Shown here piece after piece: positions 8,351 through 17,470 of a stretch of DNA of 64,000 nt (its first letter is position 1; each line of letters begins with the position of its first letter). Location of the stretch: IMG/VR virus record IMGVR_UViG_3300044796_000657, positions 310,001-374,000 of that record. One strand, given 5' to 3'. The position numbers were made by a program, and so were the translations under genes. Below the pieces are notes generated by a model. It made no database searches. It had not been told where the DNA came from and worked only from the letters and a program-made list of their open reading frames with translations.

Positions 8351-9472
8351 ATCGCTACATTGCTGAGGGTGAGCAATTGCGACATTTCGTTTCTCATTTG
8401 GGTCGGTATCTAAATTGTACAGTTCACTTGTTTCGGTGTTGTGTGTGTAGATGTATTTCCACTTTCCTAATCGTACCATATGCTGAGTGCCCACAAAACG
8501 GCTTCTATTAGACTTGGCAAAGGCCCAATCTTTCCATTTCTTGCCTTTCAACAAAGACGTTAAATTTCTACCTTGCCCGAATTTTTCAACACCCAACTTG
8601 CGAGCAATTGTTGTTGAAACGTCCAATGATGAACAAACATTGTCTTTGACACCATAATGCTCACCATCTGAGATAATCAATGGCACCTTGATTGCGCCAT
8701 CGTACAGACAAGGTTTACTCCACAAGCCGTGGTGTCCCATCATATTTCCGTGGTCAGACGTATAAATCACTTCGCTATTATTGATTAATCCAGTTGAATG
8801 AAGACTGTTCATCAATTCACCAACTCTTTCATCCATCCACATAATCATTCCATAATATGATGCCAATACTTTTCTGGATTCTTCTCTGGTGAGTTTGGGT
8901 TGATTGACAAATTTGGCAGCACCTTCGTGTGCAGGCCACGGGGGGTTTGGAAACTGTATTTGATCCATGAATCGATCAACATATCTTTTTGCTGGAACCG
9001 CCAAAGGTGGATGTGGTGCCAAGTAATTCAGCATGGCAAAAAATGGTTGTTTGGGTGCCCCTTCAAATAAACGACATACATGTCTGGTTGATAGAATGTC
9101 ATGCTTATGATTTTTATTAACTTCTACATTTTTGGCCTTTAGGAGTTTTGGTCTATGGTTTCTTTTTTGAGCAAATCTCGGACAAAGAAGATTGAATTTA
9201 CCTTTGATCGTACTCATTTTGCCGACATAAAAGGAGTGTATTTCTTGTTGTGATAGTTTATAGGCAAGTGCTGGTTTTTGAGAGTTTGATTGACCGGAGA
9301 GAAAGAGTGATCTTGCCGAAGTGCATGAAGGACTGGCAGCGTAGCAATTGGTTAAGGTTGTTCCATTTTTTGCGAGCAAGTCCAAGTTTGGGGTATGAGC
9401 AATTTGATTTCCGGCACAACCCATGAAGTTGTGATTGTGTCCATCTGACATAATAAGAATAACATTTTTCAT
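8303..9472 (-). CDS. Formylglycine-type sulfatase (choline-sulfatase-like)
   Basis: NVILIMSDGH, the active-site motif SPSCTSAR, HPP, IYTSDHG, GLWSKPCLYDG and ELYNLDTDPNE. Confidence 0.88.
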   Translation of the reverse strand: MKNVILIMSDGHNHNFMGCAGNQIAHTPNLDLLAKNGTTLTNCYAASPSCTSARSLFLSGQSNSQKPALAYKLSQQEIHSFYVGKMSTIKGKFNLLCPRFAQKRNHRPKLLKAKNVEVNKNHKHDILSTRHVCRLFEGAPKQPFFAMLNYLAPHPPLAVPAKRYVDRFMDQIQFPNPPWPAHEGAAKFVNQPKLTREESRKVLASYYGMIMWMDERVGELMNSLHSTGLINNSEVIYTSDHGNMMGHHGLWSKPCLYDGAIKVPLIISDGEHYGVKDNVCSSLDVSTTIARKLGVEKFGQGRNLTSLLKGKKWKDWAFAKSNRSRFVGTQHMVRLGKWKYIYTHNTETSELYNLDTDPNEKRNVAIAHPQQCSDLHVLLVDKFRLGINK

Positions 9473-9574
9473 TTTAGATCAAATCCTTACAAGTCGTCGT
9501 ATTGAGCGTTTTTTATCACACGGAATTATTTATTGACCCCTCCAACTACTTTATTTTGTTCGTGGAGGATCTCA

Positions 9575-10330
9575 ATGAAAAAATTATTTTTAGGCGTAGT
9601 GGCTGCGTTGCTGCTCGTCGGTCCGGCTTTTTCAGCCGAACCGGAAGTTAAAGTTCCCGTTGCAAAGGCCAAAGTAGCCGATGTGCCGGAACTTAAAGTC
9701 CCGACTGAAATGAAAGTTAAACCGGGTCGCCTGTTGCGAATTCCGGCTGAAACTGCTTGCAAAACCGTTATCTGGTACCTTGATTCCGCTGATGCCGATT
9801 TGGTAACTTTTGAATCAACTAAAGAAGCTGTATTTAGCAGCCCAGTACCCGGCAAATACAAAATTATCGTTTATACCGCTGCTGGTGATGTACCAAGTCA
9901 GCCATATGTTTGCGTAGTAACAGTAGAAGGTGATGTGCCTGTGCCGCCCACACCGCCCACTCCACCCGGCCCTGGTCCCGATCCAATTCCGGTGGATGTA
10001 TTACTTCAAAATCTAGTTAAAGCGTATCAAGCTGATACTACGGCTGATAAGGCTACAAAATTACAAGCACTTGTTACTTTGTGGAAAAGTGCTGCCAAAA
10101 ACACAGTTAACGATGCCGACATCAAGACCACCGGAAAACTTCTTGAAGTTCTCCACAATTCAGCTCAACAACTTTTGGGTAATGACTTAATGGGATTGAG
10201 AGAGGCCATCAGAGTTGATTTGGACTCAAAATTGCCGAAGACCGCAACAGCCGCTCTTGATGATGCTACTCGTAAAGCAATTGCCGTTCACTTTCAAAAT
10301 GTAGCCGATGCGCTAGGGAAGGTTAAATAA
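9575..10330 (+). CDS. Exported protein with signal peptide, Ig/PKD-like N-domain, Pro-rich linker and helical C-domain
   Basis: GGAGG Shine-Dalgarno before ATG 9575; signal peptide MKKLFLGVVAALLLVGPAFSA; PPTPPTPPGPGPDP linker. Confidence 0.7.
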   Translation: MKKLFLGVVAALLLVGPAFSAEPEVKVPVAKAKVADVPELKVPTEMKVKPGRLLRIPAETACKTVIWYLDSADADLVTFESTKEAVFSSPVPGKYKIIVYTAAGDVPSQPYVCVVTVEGDVPVPPTPPTPPGPGPDPIPVDVLLQNLVKAYQADTTADKATKLQALVTLWKSAAKNTVNDADIKTTGKLLEVLHNSAQQLLGNDLMGLREAIRVDLDSKLPKTATAALDDATRKAIAVHFQNVADALGKVK

Positions 10331-11274
10331 TGCTAAAATCATTCAAGTATAATAATGCAGAATTCTTCTTCGGATGGAAGAAGGATAATAATGCTGTAGC
10401 TCGTGTTCTCAGTCAACTTCAACATCCGTTCTTTTCGGGTGCTGCTCCTCACCTTAAGGGAACAGGTGAAAATAAGGATGTATTTTTCTGGGAAGCCGAA
10501 CAAAAAGTTTTAGGTCAAGTTCTTAATTCGTGGGATCAAGGACAAGTTGGAAGTTGTGTTTCACACGGTTCAGGTCGTGCAGCACAAGACTTGTTAATTG
10601 TTCAAATCGCTTTGGGCGCTGCCGAAGAATGGGAAGGTCACGAAGTAGCCCGTGAACCGATTTATGGCGGTAGTCGCTGTGAAGTCGGTGGGCAATACGG
10701 TGATTATTCTGATGGATCGGTTGGTGCTTGGGCAGCTGAGTGGTTAAATAAGTGGGGAATTGTTCTCGGCGAAAAATACGACTCAGTGGATTTGTCAAGT
10801 TATAACGAAACTCGATGCCGTGATTGGGGTGCCAAGGGCGTTCCAAGCGATATTGAAACAATCGCTAAACAACACCATATCCAAACGACAATGGTAAGCA
10901 CTGTTACCGAAGCAAGAGATGCTTTGGCAAACGGCTATCCGATTAGCATTTGCGGTTCATTGGGCCGTACAATGCAACGTCAAGCCGGTGGATGGTGTCC
11001 GGTGTCTGGAGCATGGGCACACTGCCAAGCTCTGCGTGGCGTATGTACAGTCAAGGGTGGCACGCCTGCCTTTGTTTATCAAAATTCTTGGGGTGATTAC
11101 TTGGGAAATACCAACAATGTTGTGACCTTGGAAAGTGGTCGTCAAGTGACTCTTCCGCAAGGTTGCTATCTCTCAGATTTTGATAGTGTTGGTCGTGAAT
11201 TGAAACAGCAAGATACATTTGCTTATTCGCAAGCAGTTGGTTGGCCCGCTCAAACAATTAGCTGGCTAGTCTAA
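10330..11274 (+). CDS. Papain-like C1 cysteine peptidase
   Basis: DQGQVGSCV (oxyanion Gln and catalytic Cys), WAHCQAL (His) and QNSWG (Asn). Confidence 0.85.
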   Translation: MLKSFKYNNAEFFFGWKKDNNAVARVLSQLQHPFFSGAAPHLKGTGENKDVFFWEAEQKVLGQVLNSWDQGQVGSCVSHGSGRAAQDLLIVQIALGAAEEWEGHEVAREPIYGGSRCEVGGQYGDYSDGSVGAWAAEWLNKWGIVLGEKYDSVDLSSYNETRCRDWGAKGVPSDIETIAKQHHIQTTMVSTVTEARDALANGYPISICGSLGRTMQRQAGGWCPVSGAWAHCQALRGVCTVKGGTPAFVYQNSWGDYLGNTNNVVTLESGRQVTLPQGCYLSDFDSVGRELKQQDTFAYSQAVGWPAQTISWLV

Positions 11275-11281
11275 AAAAAAG

Positions 11282-11308
11282 AAAACCTCCCTTCGGGGAG
11301 GTTTTTTT
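11282..11308 (+). terminator. Intrinsic terminator
   Basis: CCTCCC-TTCG-GGGAGG followed by T7. Confidence 0.85.
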
Positions 11309-11346
11309 GTGCTGCATACATAGAGTAACATCTAAAAGGTGAATCT

Positions 11347-11940
11347 ATGAAAAAGTATCTCGCATTAATTGTTGTATTGTTAACGTTATCGTTTATTCCG
11401 GCGGCTGAATCACAAGTCGAAACGGATGTTAAAGTAGCCCTTGCTATCGCCAAAGCCAAAGCATTAGCCGTAGCCCCTGTTTCCGAGTCCGCTCCGGACT
11501 TCAAAGAATATGGTGTCGCACGTGAAAAAGCAATCAAAGAACATAAAAACCTGATTGTTTGGGTTGGTTATTATTCGCCACTCATGATTGATGATTTATC
11601 TGATTTCGTACACGTTGCCGTGTCGCCTGATTTGTTCGGTCGTGGTAAGGATAAAGAAATTCTTGTTGGTAAGTATTTCAATAACGAACTTTGGATTGTT
11701 CCGGGTATTGAAACTACGGATTTACCACCAACCATTAAATCTAAAGTAGAAGCCTATAAAATCGCTTTATCTACACAAGGTAAAGTTGAAGTGCAACAAC
11801 CTGTATTCAGCGGCACAATCATTCAAGGTTGCTCCGGTGGACAATGCGGTGTTGGACGTATCATTCAACAACCTGTTTTTTCCGGACAAATCAGAGGTAG
11901 CAGCAGTGGTTGTGCCAATGGTCAATGTCCCGTTAAGTAA
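11347..11940 (+). CDS. Exported protein with a twice-repeated C-terminal Cys/Gly motif
   Basis: Signal peptide; QQPVFSG.I.G repeated twice, followed by GCSGGQCG and GCANGQCP. Confidence 0.65.
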   Translation: MKKYLALIVVLLTLSFIPAAESQVETDVKVALAIAKAKALAVAPVSESAPDFKEYGVAREKAIKEHKNLIVWVGYYSPLMIDDLSDFVHVAVSPDLFGRGKDKEILVGKYFNNELWIVPGIETTDLPPTIKSKVEAYKIALSTQGKVEVQQPVFSGTIIQGCSGGQCGVGRIIQQPVFSGQIRGSSSGCANGQCPVK

Positions 11941-11997
11941 GTTGATTATCTGTCTTATTATGGTATCTTCATGGTAGTTCCTTTTAGTTGCTAAAAC

Positions 11998-12378
11998 TTG
12001 GAGTGTATCATGAAGATCCCGTGTCCTCTTAGCAAGACGGCCAAGAAGTTTAAGTTCCAGTACATTGCTGGCCCCTTCCTGCCGTTTACGGATGCTGAAC
12101 TTGCAAAAAAAATGGCGGTTAACGTCGCCAACAAAGAAAACGTCGTCATCGCTGACTACCGATCATTCGGCTATCACGAAATGGACGAAACTCTCAAAAA
12201 GGCTTGGCTCAATGCTCAAATCGGTTGGGATCACCCAATGTTGAAGGGTCAAGGCCCGGATAGTAAGATTGCCGCCCGTAGCTATTTCGTTTGCTCCAAA
12301 ACGGAAAGTGATAAGCCGTACTCGTTCTTTGAAGATCAAAACGATGAGTATTGGAAGACGATTGAAAAACGAGGCTAA
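11998..12378 (+). CDS. Hypothetical protein
   Basis: 126-aa ORF followed by a terminator. Confidence 0.6.
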   Translation: MECIMKIPCPLSKTAKKFKFQYIAGPFLPFTDAELAKKMAVNVANKENVVIADYRSFGYHEMDETLKKAWLNAQIGWDHPMLKGQGPDSKIAARSYFVCSKTESDKPYSFFEDQNDEYWKTIEKRG

Positions 12379-12382
12379 TTAT

Positions 12383-12405
12383 AACCCGGCTTGGCCGGGT
12401 TTTTT
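12383..12405 (+). terminator. Intrinsic terminator
   Basis: ACCCGGC-TTG-GCCGGGT followed by a T-tract. Confidence 0.75.
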
Positions 12406-12415
12406 ATTCGATATT

Positions 12416-12422
12416 CTAAATA
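12416..12422 (+). promoter_or_regulatory. T4-like late promoter box CTAAATA
   Basis: Lies 4 nt upstream of ATG 12427; the same geometry recurs at 20749, 52008, 17879(-), 52980 and 61441. Confidence 0.65.
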
Positions 12423-12426
12423 AAGA

Positions 12427-12561
12427 ATGATGAACTTCAAAGAATGGTTAAAAATTAATGAAATGGCTGGAGTTGCCACCATTATAAATCCAAAGAAGGA
12501 TTGCAAAAATCCCGATTTTCAGGTATGGGGTGCGGTTTGTAAAAAGTCTAAGAAGAAGTAG
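12427..12561 (+). CDS. 44-aa protein with a capsid-targeting-like N-terminus (not in the ORF track)
   Basis: Manual translation MMNFKEWLKINEMAGVATIINPKKDCKNPDFQVWGAVCKKSKKK*, preceded by CTAAATA. Confidence 0.65.
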   Translation: MMNFKEWLKINEMAGVATIINPKKDCKNPDFQVWGAVCKKSKKK

Positions 12562-12922
12562 GTAATCTTTCCATAATCGCATGACCTAACGGATTTCCCC
12601 GGCCAATAATGCGGAATCCAAGATTCAGATAAAAGTTTCCAAGTCGATTAAGGTTTGTTCGTTTGTCGAGTGGCGATGCTAAAAGTTTGATTCTTAATTT
12701 TCTTGCATCTGCCTCTGCTACCAATGCTTTCATGGCAGCAAGAGCTAATCCCTGATTTCTTTTCTTTCCTGAAACACGAAGAGAAGCAAGGTCAATAAGG
12801 TCGCCTGACACTTGATAAAGTAACCTTGCACCATTAATGTTTTTCTGATGATGCTTTTCAGCGAAATCTTCATCAGAAAATGGCAGGTTCTCGGACTCTA
12901 AATAGTATTGCTTGAAGTTCAT
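12548..12922 (-). CDS. GNAT-family acetyltransferase with a capsid-targeting-like N-terminus
   Basis: LRVSGKKRNQGLALAAM (acetyl-CoA loop) and FYLNLGF; N-terminus MNFKQYYLE. Confidence 0.75.
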   Translation of the reverse strand: MNFKQYYLESENLPFSDEDFAEKHHQKNINGARLLYQVSGDLIDLASLRVSGKKRNQGLALAAMKALVAEADARKLRIKLLASPLDKRTNLNRLGNFYLNLGFRIIGRGNPLGHAIMERLPTSS

Positions 12923-13581
12923 TGGTCTGAAATTTGAAACTCCTTCTTTTTAGCGGCAATCCAAACCTCCGTAATAATGATAAATTTTATACCCCGCTTC
13001 TTACAGTACTCGTTGCAATAACTCCATTTAGATTCATTTATCGCCAAGTTTGTTTGATTGACCGGCTTGATTTCCCACACTTCTTTTCTTCCATCGGTAA
13101 AGTGAACACGCAAGTCAGGAAGATAAGTATGTCTCTCACCATCAAAGAAATACTCAATTTCCAGCGGCTCTACTTCGTAACCAATTACATCATCCATCTT
13201 ATCCAGAATGCGATAAACATCTAATTCCCATCCCGAATTGTAATGGAGCTTTCTGCGATTTTTTGGCGAAACGTGCCACCCTTCCTTGAATGATATTTTC
13301 TTTTTCTTACGATTAGGATCTTTGGGATCACGCCAGATCAATGATTTCATTTGACAAGTTTTAGGCAACACTTCTTGTGGATGTATTGATTTGAAATGTG
13401 CTCTGACATCTCTAACGGGAGCACAGCAACGAGCCAAGGGGCATACGACGTATTCTCGCCCCTCTTCGTGGTTATTGCGTATATGTTCTTTGAAACTGGC
13501 CCAATCGGGCTGCAGGACGCCACAGACGAAGCATTGAAATTGTCTCTTGCCGCCGTGGTTATTGTTAAATGGTAATGGCAT
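12919..13581 (-). CDS. TnsA-like / T4 gp4-like PD-(D/E)XK endonuclease with two N-terminal C2H2 zinc fingers
   Basis: CFVC-x12-HIRNNH and CPLARC...HFKSIH fingers; nuclease motifs YNSGWE, YEVEPLEIEY, YLPD and EIKP. Confidence 0.75.
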   Translation of the reverse strand: MPLPFNNNHGGKRQFQCFVCGVLQPDWASFKEHIRNNHEEGREYVVCPLARCCAPVRDVRAHFKSIHPQEVLPKTCQMKSLIWRDPKDPNRKKKKISFKEGWHVSPKNRRKLHYNSGWELDVYRILDKMDDVIGYEVEPLEIEYFFDGERHTYLPDLRVHFTDGRKEVWEIKPVNQTNLAINESKWSYCNEYCKKRGIKFIIITEVWIAAKKKEFQISDQ

Positions 13582-13689
13582 ATAAAAATCTTTTTTAATT
13601 TGACTATAATTGGCATTCCTTATTATGCCAATTGTTTAATCACCTGTGTCAGAAATCCCATCCCATTAAGACAAAGCAATCTTCGAGCA

Positions 13690-14196
13690 TTATGAACACG
13701 TATCGCCAAAAAGTTCATGCGTTTCTTTAACGAAATCTGAGAACATTTTGACTAAGTGAATATTAACAGCTTCTAGCAATTTCAATGAACTATCAAGAGT
13801 GCCTAAAAATACATAAGATCCTCTTTCACATTGAGTACAAGAAATTTCACTCATATAATGGTTAATGTCTTTAACTGCTTTCAAGAAATCGTCGTTATAA
13901 AACATTAACTCTTTTTCAACTTGTAAAATGGCATTTTTTGTACTTACCCATTTAGCATGACAAGGGGCCGTTGAGTAAAAGGTTGCCTTGGTGTCACACT
14001 TAGTTTTCCAATCCGCTATTTGTTCTGATAATTCATGAAATTCTTTTGATATAACATCATTCAATCTATTTAGCTGATCTTTTTTGAATTGATGACAAGA
14101 TGGTGCGAATGTCAAATCATCACAAGGCGTGTGATCTTTCACCAAGGGTGTAATAGCTTCGATTTTGGCTGGTGCTATATTGGATATATTGCTCAT
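13690..14196 (-). CDS. Hypothetical helical protein
   Basis: 168-aa ORF. Confidence 0.55.
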   Translation of the reverse strand: MSNISNIAPAKIEAITPLVKDHTPCDDLTFAPSCHQFKKDQLNRLNDVISKEFHELSEQIADWKTKCDTKATFYSTAPCHAKWVSTKNAILQVEKELMFYNDDFLKAVKDINHYMSEISCTQCERGSYVFLGTLDSSLKLLEAVNIHLVKMFSDFVKETHELFGDTCS

Positions 14197-14238
14197 GTAA
14201 TCCTTTTTGTAACAATGACTTAAATATTATATATTCCA

Positions 14239-15000
14239 TTAATCGTATTTTATAGACTTGACCTCTAACATGAGGTTTTGATTGAAAACCCCTATTACAA
14301 TTTTGTCGGCAATAAACTTGTAATGGTTGCCGGTTTCAACCAATGTGGTAAAATTAACACCATCTGGTGAAATGGAAATTTTGCGATAATTATCATCATC
14401 TTCCAATTGAACAAACTTGGCAGCAGACATGGACATTTGTTTTGTTTTCATTTCAAATCCTTTGAAATGAACTTGATCTTGCCAACGTGCGACAAAGGCA
14501 TTGGGTTTTATACCGAAATCCCGTAATCCAAGAGTCATTGCTTTGCCGCAATTTGATCCAAATCCAAAGTAAATGGCCCCGGTACGATTTTCAGGAGCAA
14601 ATTCATCAGCTATCAAACTTGATTCCCATTGAAACGTCACCTTGTATGGTGTTATTGGTATTTCACGATAGAGAAACACTGGATGTGGCGTATAAGATGA
14701 CCGACAAACGACATTTAACGATCCTTCATTTTCGCTACAAACGGAATCTTCTTTGTTGTACGACCATTCCCATCCTTGTGCTGGTACATCAAACATCTTG
14801 CCATATTCGTTGTATCTTGTCCAAGATGTGCCATCGTCATAGAGTTTGAAGGGTCTATCCTCACAGATAAACAATCTCCCGGCATTTCCTGCTTCTGGAC
14901 AATCTTCATATTTACCTGCGATGATTGGTGAAGGGACGCATTCTTTGACTAATCCATAGACCATATCTTTGACGGCACATTTTGAACACTTGCATTTCAT
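14239..15000 (-). CDS. Hypothetical protein (Cys-rich N-terminus, beta-rich and possibly lectin-like C-terminus)
   Basis: 253-aa ORF rich in aromatic residues and beta-strand patterns. Confidence 0.5.
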   Translation of the reverse strand: MKCKCSKCAVKDMVYGLVKECVPSPIIAGKYEDCPEAGNAGRLFICEDRPFKLYDDGTSWTRYNEYGKMFDVPAQGWEWSYNKEDSVCSENEGSLNVVCRSSYTPHPVFLYREIPITPYKVTFQWESSLIADEFAPENRTGAIYFGFGSNCGKAMTLGLRDFGIKPNAFVARWQDQVHFKGFEMKTKQMSMSAAKFVQLEDDDNYRKISISPDGVNFTTLVETGNHYKFIADKIVIGVFNQNLMLEVKSIKYD

Positions 15001-15035
15001 GTTAATTTCCTTTTGTAATATTATGTATTTTTATC

Positions 15036-15064
15036 TTGCAAATGATTTTCAATTATGGTAGACT
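15036..15064 (+). promoter_or_regulatory. Sigma70-type promoter of pncB
   Basis: TTGCAA, a 17-nt spacer and TAGACT with an extended TG; TTATGGTAGACT is shared with the pncA promoter. Confidence 0.6.
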
Positions 15065-15088
15065 ATTTCCATCCTTCCGGAGTAGATC

Positions 15089-16285
15089 ATGGCCATTAAA
15101 AGCTTGCTGGACAACGACATCTATAAAATTTTCATGCAATATGCCGTACTCAAAGAGTTTCCGGGTACGCATGTCCGTATGGCTTTCATGAACCGTCGTA
15201 AAACCGATGTTCTCTCAAAATCGCTTTTGAAATCTTTAAGGGAAGTCGTAAATTCCGTGAAAGGCATGAAAGCCGATTCATGGGAATTGTCACACATCCA
15301 TAAACACTACCCATTCCTGCCAAATTGGTATATGGATTGGCTTAGTGAGTTTGCCCCAAATCCCGCCCACGTTAATATAACGGAAAACGGTGAAATTACC
15401 GTTGAAGGCCCGTGGGAACAAGCCATGTGGTGGGAAATTCCCATCCTCTACACAATCAGCGAATTGTTCTGCGGGGAAATCGATGCTGAAATAGGACACA
15501 TTCCTCGTAGCGAAATAGTCAAATCCACATTGACCAAAATGGAAATTCTGAAAGGTCACTACAGTCGCTATGGCGAGGCAATCGAACACGATCCTTGTCA
15601 ATACGTTCAATTCGGCTGTCGTCGTCGTCGCTCATACGATATTGAGGATGAAGTTGTTCGTACAATGAAAAAGGCCGATCATCCGAATATGCTCGGTATT
15701 AGCAACATCCACTTGGCAGCGAAATACGATATTAGGCCGGTGGGCACAATGGCTCATGAGTTCGTTATGGGTGTCAGTGCATTGAAAAGCCTGCGATATG
15801 CCAACCGTGAGGCAATGGAGACATGGCTTCGTGTTTTCAAGGGCGAATTGGATATTTTCCTGCCCGATACTTTTGGAACGAATGTGTTCCTGAAAGACTA
15901 CACTCGCCAATTTGCTCAAGCATTCAATGCGACTCGACAAGATAGCGGGTCAGCGTATGAATACGGCGAAAAACTCATTAACCATTACAAAACAGTAAAA
16001 CTTGATCCAAAAACCAAATCGATCACATTCAGTGATGGGTTAACTGCTACAGAATCAACGAACATCCAGCAACACTTCTACAATCGAATTAAAAGAGCTT
16101 ACGGCATCGGCACACACTTCACTAACGATTTCATGAACAGACCTGCCATGAATATCGTGATGAAGTTAACACATGTCAACGGAATTCCGGTCGTCAAGCT
16201 CAGCGACGTTCCCGGCAAAGCCTGTGGCGATCCCAATGCTCTCAAAGCAGCAAAGTGGGTGTTTCTCGGCGAACCTTTAGTATAA
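15089..16285 (+). CDS. pncB: Nicotinate phosphoribosyltransferase
   Basis: SLLDNDIYK, FGCRRR, GTMAHEF (phospho-His), LPDTF, RQDSG, FSDGL, GIGTHFTND and KLSDVPGK. Confidence 0.93.
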   Translation: MAIKSLLDNDIYKIFMQYAVLKEFPGTHVRMAFMNRRKTDVLSKSLLKSLREVVNSVKGMKADSWELSHIHKHYPFLPNWYMDWLSEFAPNPAHVNITENGEITVEGPWEQAMWWEIPILYTISELFCGEIDAEIGHIPRSEIVKSTLTKMEILKGHYSRYGEAIEHDPCQYVQFGCRRRRSYDIEDEVVRTMKKADHPNMLGISNIHLAAKYDIRPVGTMAHEFVMGVSALKSLRYANREAMETWLRVFKGELDIFLPDTFGTNVFLKDYTRQFAQAFNATRQDSGSAYEYGEKLINHYKTVKLDPKTKSITFSDGLTATESTNIQQHFYNRIKRAYGIGTHFTNDFMNRPAMNIVMKLTHVNGIPVVKLSDVPGKACGDPNALKAAKWVFLGEPLV

Positions 16286-16294
16286 GGATTTACG

Positions 16295-16783
16295 ATGAAG
16301 TACGTTGAATGTCCCGACTTGTTCATTCCTGAATCCATCGATGATTACAAGAAAACCTTGTTTCTCGGTGGGGGAATTTCAGGTGTGGGCAATTGGCAAG
16401 CGGAGATGGTGAGATTGTTGCAGGATACGGAGTTAATCCTCATCAATCCCCGGCGAACCAACTTCGACGTTAATAATACAAAAATGACTGTGGAACAAAT
16501 CCAGTGGGAATATCACCACTTGAATTTGTCTCATGCTCGTATGTTCTGGTTCCCACCGGAAACTCTGTGTCCGATCACCTTATTTGAATTAGGGAGATTC
16601 TCCGTACAGAGCAATCCCCTATTCGTAGGGTGTGATCCCAAATACGCACGGTCGCTTGATCTCGAAGAGCAAATGAAGCATGTCCGAAGATCGGAAGTCA
16701 TGTTTGATTTGGAGATTCTCGCACGACAGATTATTTTGTATGCGAAACATATGTCAAGCAACGGGCGATACTACGCCACTTAA
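16295..16783 (+). CDS. Nucleoside 2-deoxyribosyltransferase-like protein
   Basis: LFLGGGI, NWQ, LINPRR, QIQWE, FWFP and CPITLFELG. Confidence 0.8.
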   Translation: MKYVECPDLFIPESIDDYKKTLFLGGGISGVGNWQAEMVRLLQDTELILINPRRTNFDVNNTKMTVEQIQWEYHHLNLSHARMFWFPPETLCPITLFELGRFSVQSNPLFVGCDPKYARSLDLEEQMKHVRRSEVMFDLEILARQIILYAKHMSSNGRYYAT

Positions 16784-17121
16784 CCACTACTACTAGAAGA
16801 AGACGAACTTGATGAATGAATAACTTTGTGTGTTGGAAAATTGCTCACTCTTAACGGTACGCCCGGCAGCAATCCAATTGGTGGAGGCACGAAGTCATCA
16901 AAATCAGGATGCCGCAAATTCGGTAAAGGAATTGGAATTCGTCTCGTTCCCCACGGCCAAAGTAATGGTAAAAAATACCTCATTCCCGGTGGTGGCACCA
17001 TTGGCGGTGGTGCTTGCGGTTGTGGTTGTGGTTGCGGTTGTTCGATTGGTGGCGGTGGTGGTAATTGCATATTATTCCTTTTCTTGTGGTGTTTAACTAC
17101 TACTGCTGCTACTACTATCAC
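16780..17121 (-). CDS. Pro-rich protein with a C-terminal poly-Ser tail (paralogue 2)
   Basis: PPPPPIEQPQPQPQPQ...PTHKVIHSSSSSSSSSG; the start is probably the internal MQLPPP. Confidence 0.55.
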   Translation of the reverse strand: MIVVAAVVVKHHKKRNNMQLPPPPPIEQPQPQPQPQAPPPMVPPPGMRYFLPLLWPWGTRRIPIPLPNLRHPDFDDFVPPPIGLLPGVPLRVSNFPTHKVIHSSSSSSSSSSG

Positions 17122-17470
17122 TTGACGAAGATGATGAGTGGCTAACTACGTGAGTGGGTCTTATGGGTTCAGGTCGTAATACCATGCCGGGTGGTGTATC
17201 AAAAAATGGGAAATCTGGTAACTTAAATTTAGGCCACCACTTTGGCGGAGTTGGAATTGGCGGAATCGGTATCGGCGGTATTGGTGGGAGTGGGAACGGC
17301 CAAGATCGCCGTGGTGTCCCCGGAGGTGTCGGGGGCGTCGGCGGTGAAGGTATTCCTCTCGGTGGTTCAGGCGGCATAGTCGGCGGCAATAGCGGCATCA
17401 TTGGAGGCCCATAAGGCCCAATTGGTCCAAAAGGCGGTGGTGGTGGAAGCGGGGGTAAAGGTGGATTCAT
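17093..17470 (-). CDS. Pro-rich protein with a C-terminal poly-Ser tail (paralogue 1)
   Basis: MNPPLPPLPPPPP...PTHVVSHSSSSSSDSSSSSSS; its start abuts the upstream stop (TAATG overlap). Confidence 0.6.
   Translation of the reverse strand: MNPPLPPLPPPPPFGPIGPYGPPMMPLLPPTMPPEPPRGIPSPPTPPTPPGTPRRSWPFPLPPIPPIPIPPIPTPPKWWPKFKLPDFPFFDTPPGMVLRPEPIRPTHVVSHSSSSSSDSSSSSSS

Noticed and set aside
16826-17414. Gly-rich plus-strand ORFs as the real genes
   Set aside because: The minus-strand ORFs share a conserved C-terminal motif, are coupled by a TAATG overlap to a late-promoter gene, and match the local strand. The Gly-rich frames are their mirror image.
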